NCBI GenBank assembly: GCA_016748015.1
Contig: JAAOMT010000523.1
Coordinates: 928,156 to 992,155 of the forward strand
Length of the DNA: 64,000 nucleotides
From: Geosiphon pyriformis uo1
Taxonomy: Eukaryota; Fungi; Glomeromycota
Direction: 5' to 3'
Position 1 is the first letter of the stretch. The number at the start of each line of letters is the position of its first letter. Shown here in pieces: positions 62,348-64,000 of this stretch. Below the pieces are notes generated by a model. It ran no database searches. It was given only the letters and a program-made list of their open reading frames with translations, and was not told the origin of the DNA. Made by a program: the position numbers and the translations under genes.

Positions 62348-62980
62348 AAGTTCATAGAATAGTGTTACAACAAGTTGTATAAAAGAAGAGCTTCTCTCTT
62401 CGAGAAAATATATCTTACTTTAGATTTATCTCTTAAAAACTGTCCTATACACACAAAAAGAAATAAATATTAAATAATTCGAAAAAAACCAAATTCTTTA
62501 AATTATTGTACTTGGAAAAATCCCCAAAACCCAACTAACGTTTTGAAATTGATTAGCTACCAATTTCAGTAAACTGTTAGTGACTTCAGGTCTGGATAGA
62601 AAACGTTTCCCTTGATAAAATTCTATTTCTTTTACATTTCTTTTATTTTCTTTTATTTTCTTATCATAATCATTAGGGTAATCTACAGACAAGATTCCTG
62701 TAGAAAAGTTGACTTTCACAGCAAAGTAACTACACATTTTTAGTGAGCTTCCAGACGAGCAATTCTTGGGAAAAAGTTGATGTTTACTACAATGTAACTA
62801 CATAAAGCAACTGGCATGGAATTGGCCATTCCACTCATAAGCCTAGCAAGTTCAAATTATAGGAGATAATTTGAAGATAAATTCAGTTACTGAAGATTCA
62901 ACCACATCCAGAAAACGTGAACTCACAGCAAATAAATATCAACAACATTACAGAAAAGAGACCAAAAACCTCTGGTAACA
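62348..62980 (+). repeat. Family-E LTR, 3' portion
   Basis: Matches 53780-54412; ends TCTGGTAACA. Confidence 0.92.
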
Positions 62981-63182
62981 ATATACATAATTGAGATTTC
63001 TCAATTTCTTAATTCTTCATACCAGGAATTTTGCAATTTCTTTTAAGAAGAATTCTAAAATTCTGCAATTCTTGGAATTCTGCAATTCCTTTAAGAGGAA
63101 TTCTGGAATTCCACATTTATTACATCTTCTTCTGATTGGCTAATTTATATACTACTATTCTTTCTATATTTTATGAGTAATA
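62981..63182 (-). repeat. U3 end of a family-A LTR interrupted by the family-E LTR
   Basis: GGAATTCC array and ..TATGAGTAATA terminus. Confidence 0.85.
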
Positions 63183-64000
63183 ATAGGCTGTTATAATGGT
63201 TTGGCAATTGAATCAATAGGTGATCAATTAATTATGACTACTGAAGATAATTGTTGACTGATATTATCAGAGTTGAGATTGTTCTGATTTTAAATATTTG
63301 GAGTTTTAATCTCCAGATTTTCTATAATTGGGTTTTTTGATAATTGAATTTTTGATCTTTGTCTTCTTTTTTTTCTGATTCAGTTACTTTTCAAGAATCA
63401 GCTGTTTCAAAATCTGGTTGGGGTAATGGTAATTGAAATCTTGATGGCATAGTTGATTGTGATTTAAATCTTTCAAAGTATTTGCTGTATGTATCTAATA
63501 AATTGGTTTTTGATTGTTTGCTTTGAAATAGAATTTGAACTAGTGGTGTTTTTGTAGATAATAATGCGAATTCTGATGGTATATTAATGATACTTTTTGG
63601 AGTATGGTGATAGAATGAATGTGTTGGTAAATTGACTTTTTGTTTTTTTCAAGTGGGCACTTGTATCTTTTTGGATGTTATTGCTGGTGTTTGTAATTTT
63701 CTTTTGTCTTTGCTTGTGTAAGTGATTGGGTATCTTTGTTAAGTGTGGATTTTAATTTCTTTATTGATTTTTATAAGGATTGCTGAGAAATTATGATTTA
63801 CTGGTAGGCTGGTGTTTTGAATTAATTTGTTGTAAAAATTTTCTCTAGCTGAATTGGTTTCTATTGGTACTCTTAGCAAATATGAAATTTTTTCATTGAT
63901 ATAGAAGTTGAAAGCTAATTCTGTTAATAAGTAATTGTTGGTTAATCCCAAGTGTTAACAGTAGTATTGAAATAAGAATTTAGCAAATCCTAAATGGTTT
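63183..64000 (-). pseudogene. gag N-terminal region of another family-A element
   Basis: ORF 63739..63951 homologous to 14264..14566 and to element A 2900-3150. Confidence 0.88.

Noticed and set aside
61892-62382. ORFs containing long X runs
   Set aside because: Artefacts of translating the N gap.

Overview
AT-rich eukaryotic (fungal-type, short GT-AG introns) genomic DNA, mostly transposable element. The repeat families resemble those I recall from Glomeromycotina, especially Geosiphon; this is recollection, not a search result. Two host genes sit in a CpG-retaining island: cytosolic seryl-tRNA synthetase (30355-32379, 7 exons) and a divergent THOC1/Hpr1-like gene (33456-36438). The rest is nested, degenerate TEs. 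(1) Ty3/Gypsy-type LTR retrotransposons of three LTR families share an unusual layout: Gag-PR-Cys-rich domain-dUTPase-RT-RNaseH, then a stop and a CA-rich spacer, a separate ATG-initiated GIN1/Ginger1-like integrase ORF, and an unknown ~220-aa ORF3. The one complete copy has a 4-bp TSD. (2) A full-length APE-RT-RNaseH LINE with a 13-bp TSD, two 5'-truncated LINE ends, and an ORF1-only (HAL1-like) element with the same 3' UTR. (3) A pogo/Tigger-type DNA transposon. TE copies carry heavy C>T/G>A hypermutation. The 62033-62347 gap probably joins two different element copies.
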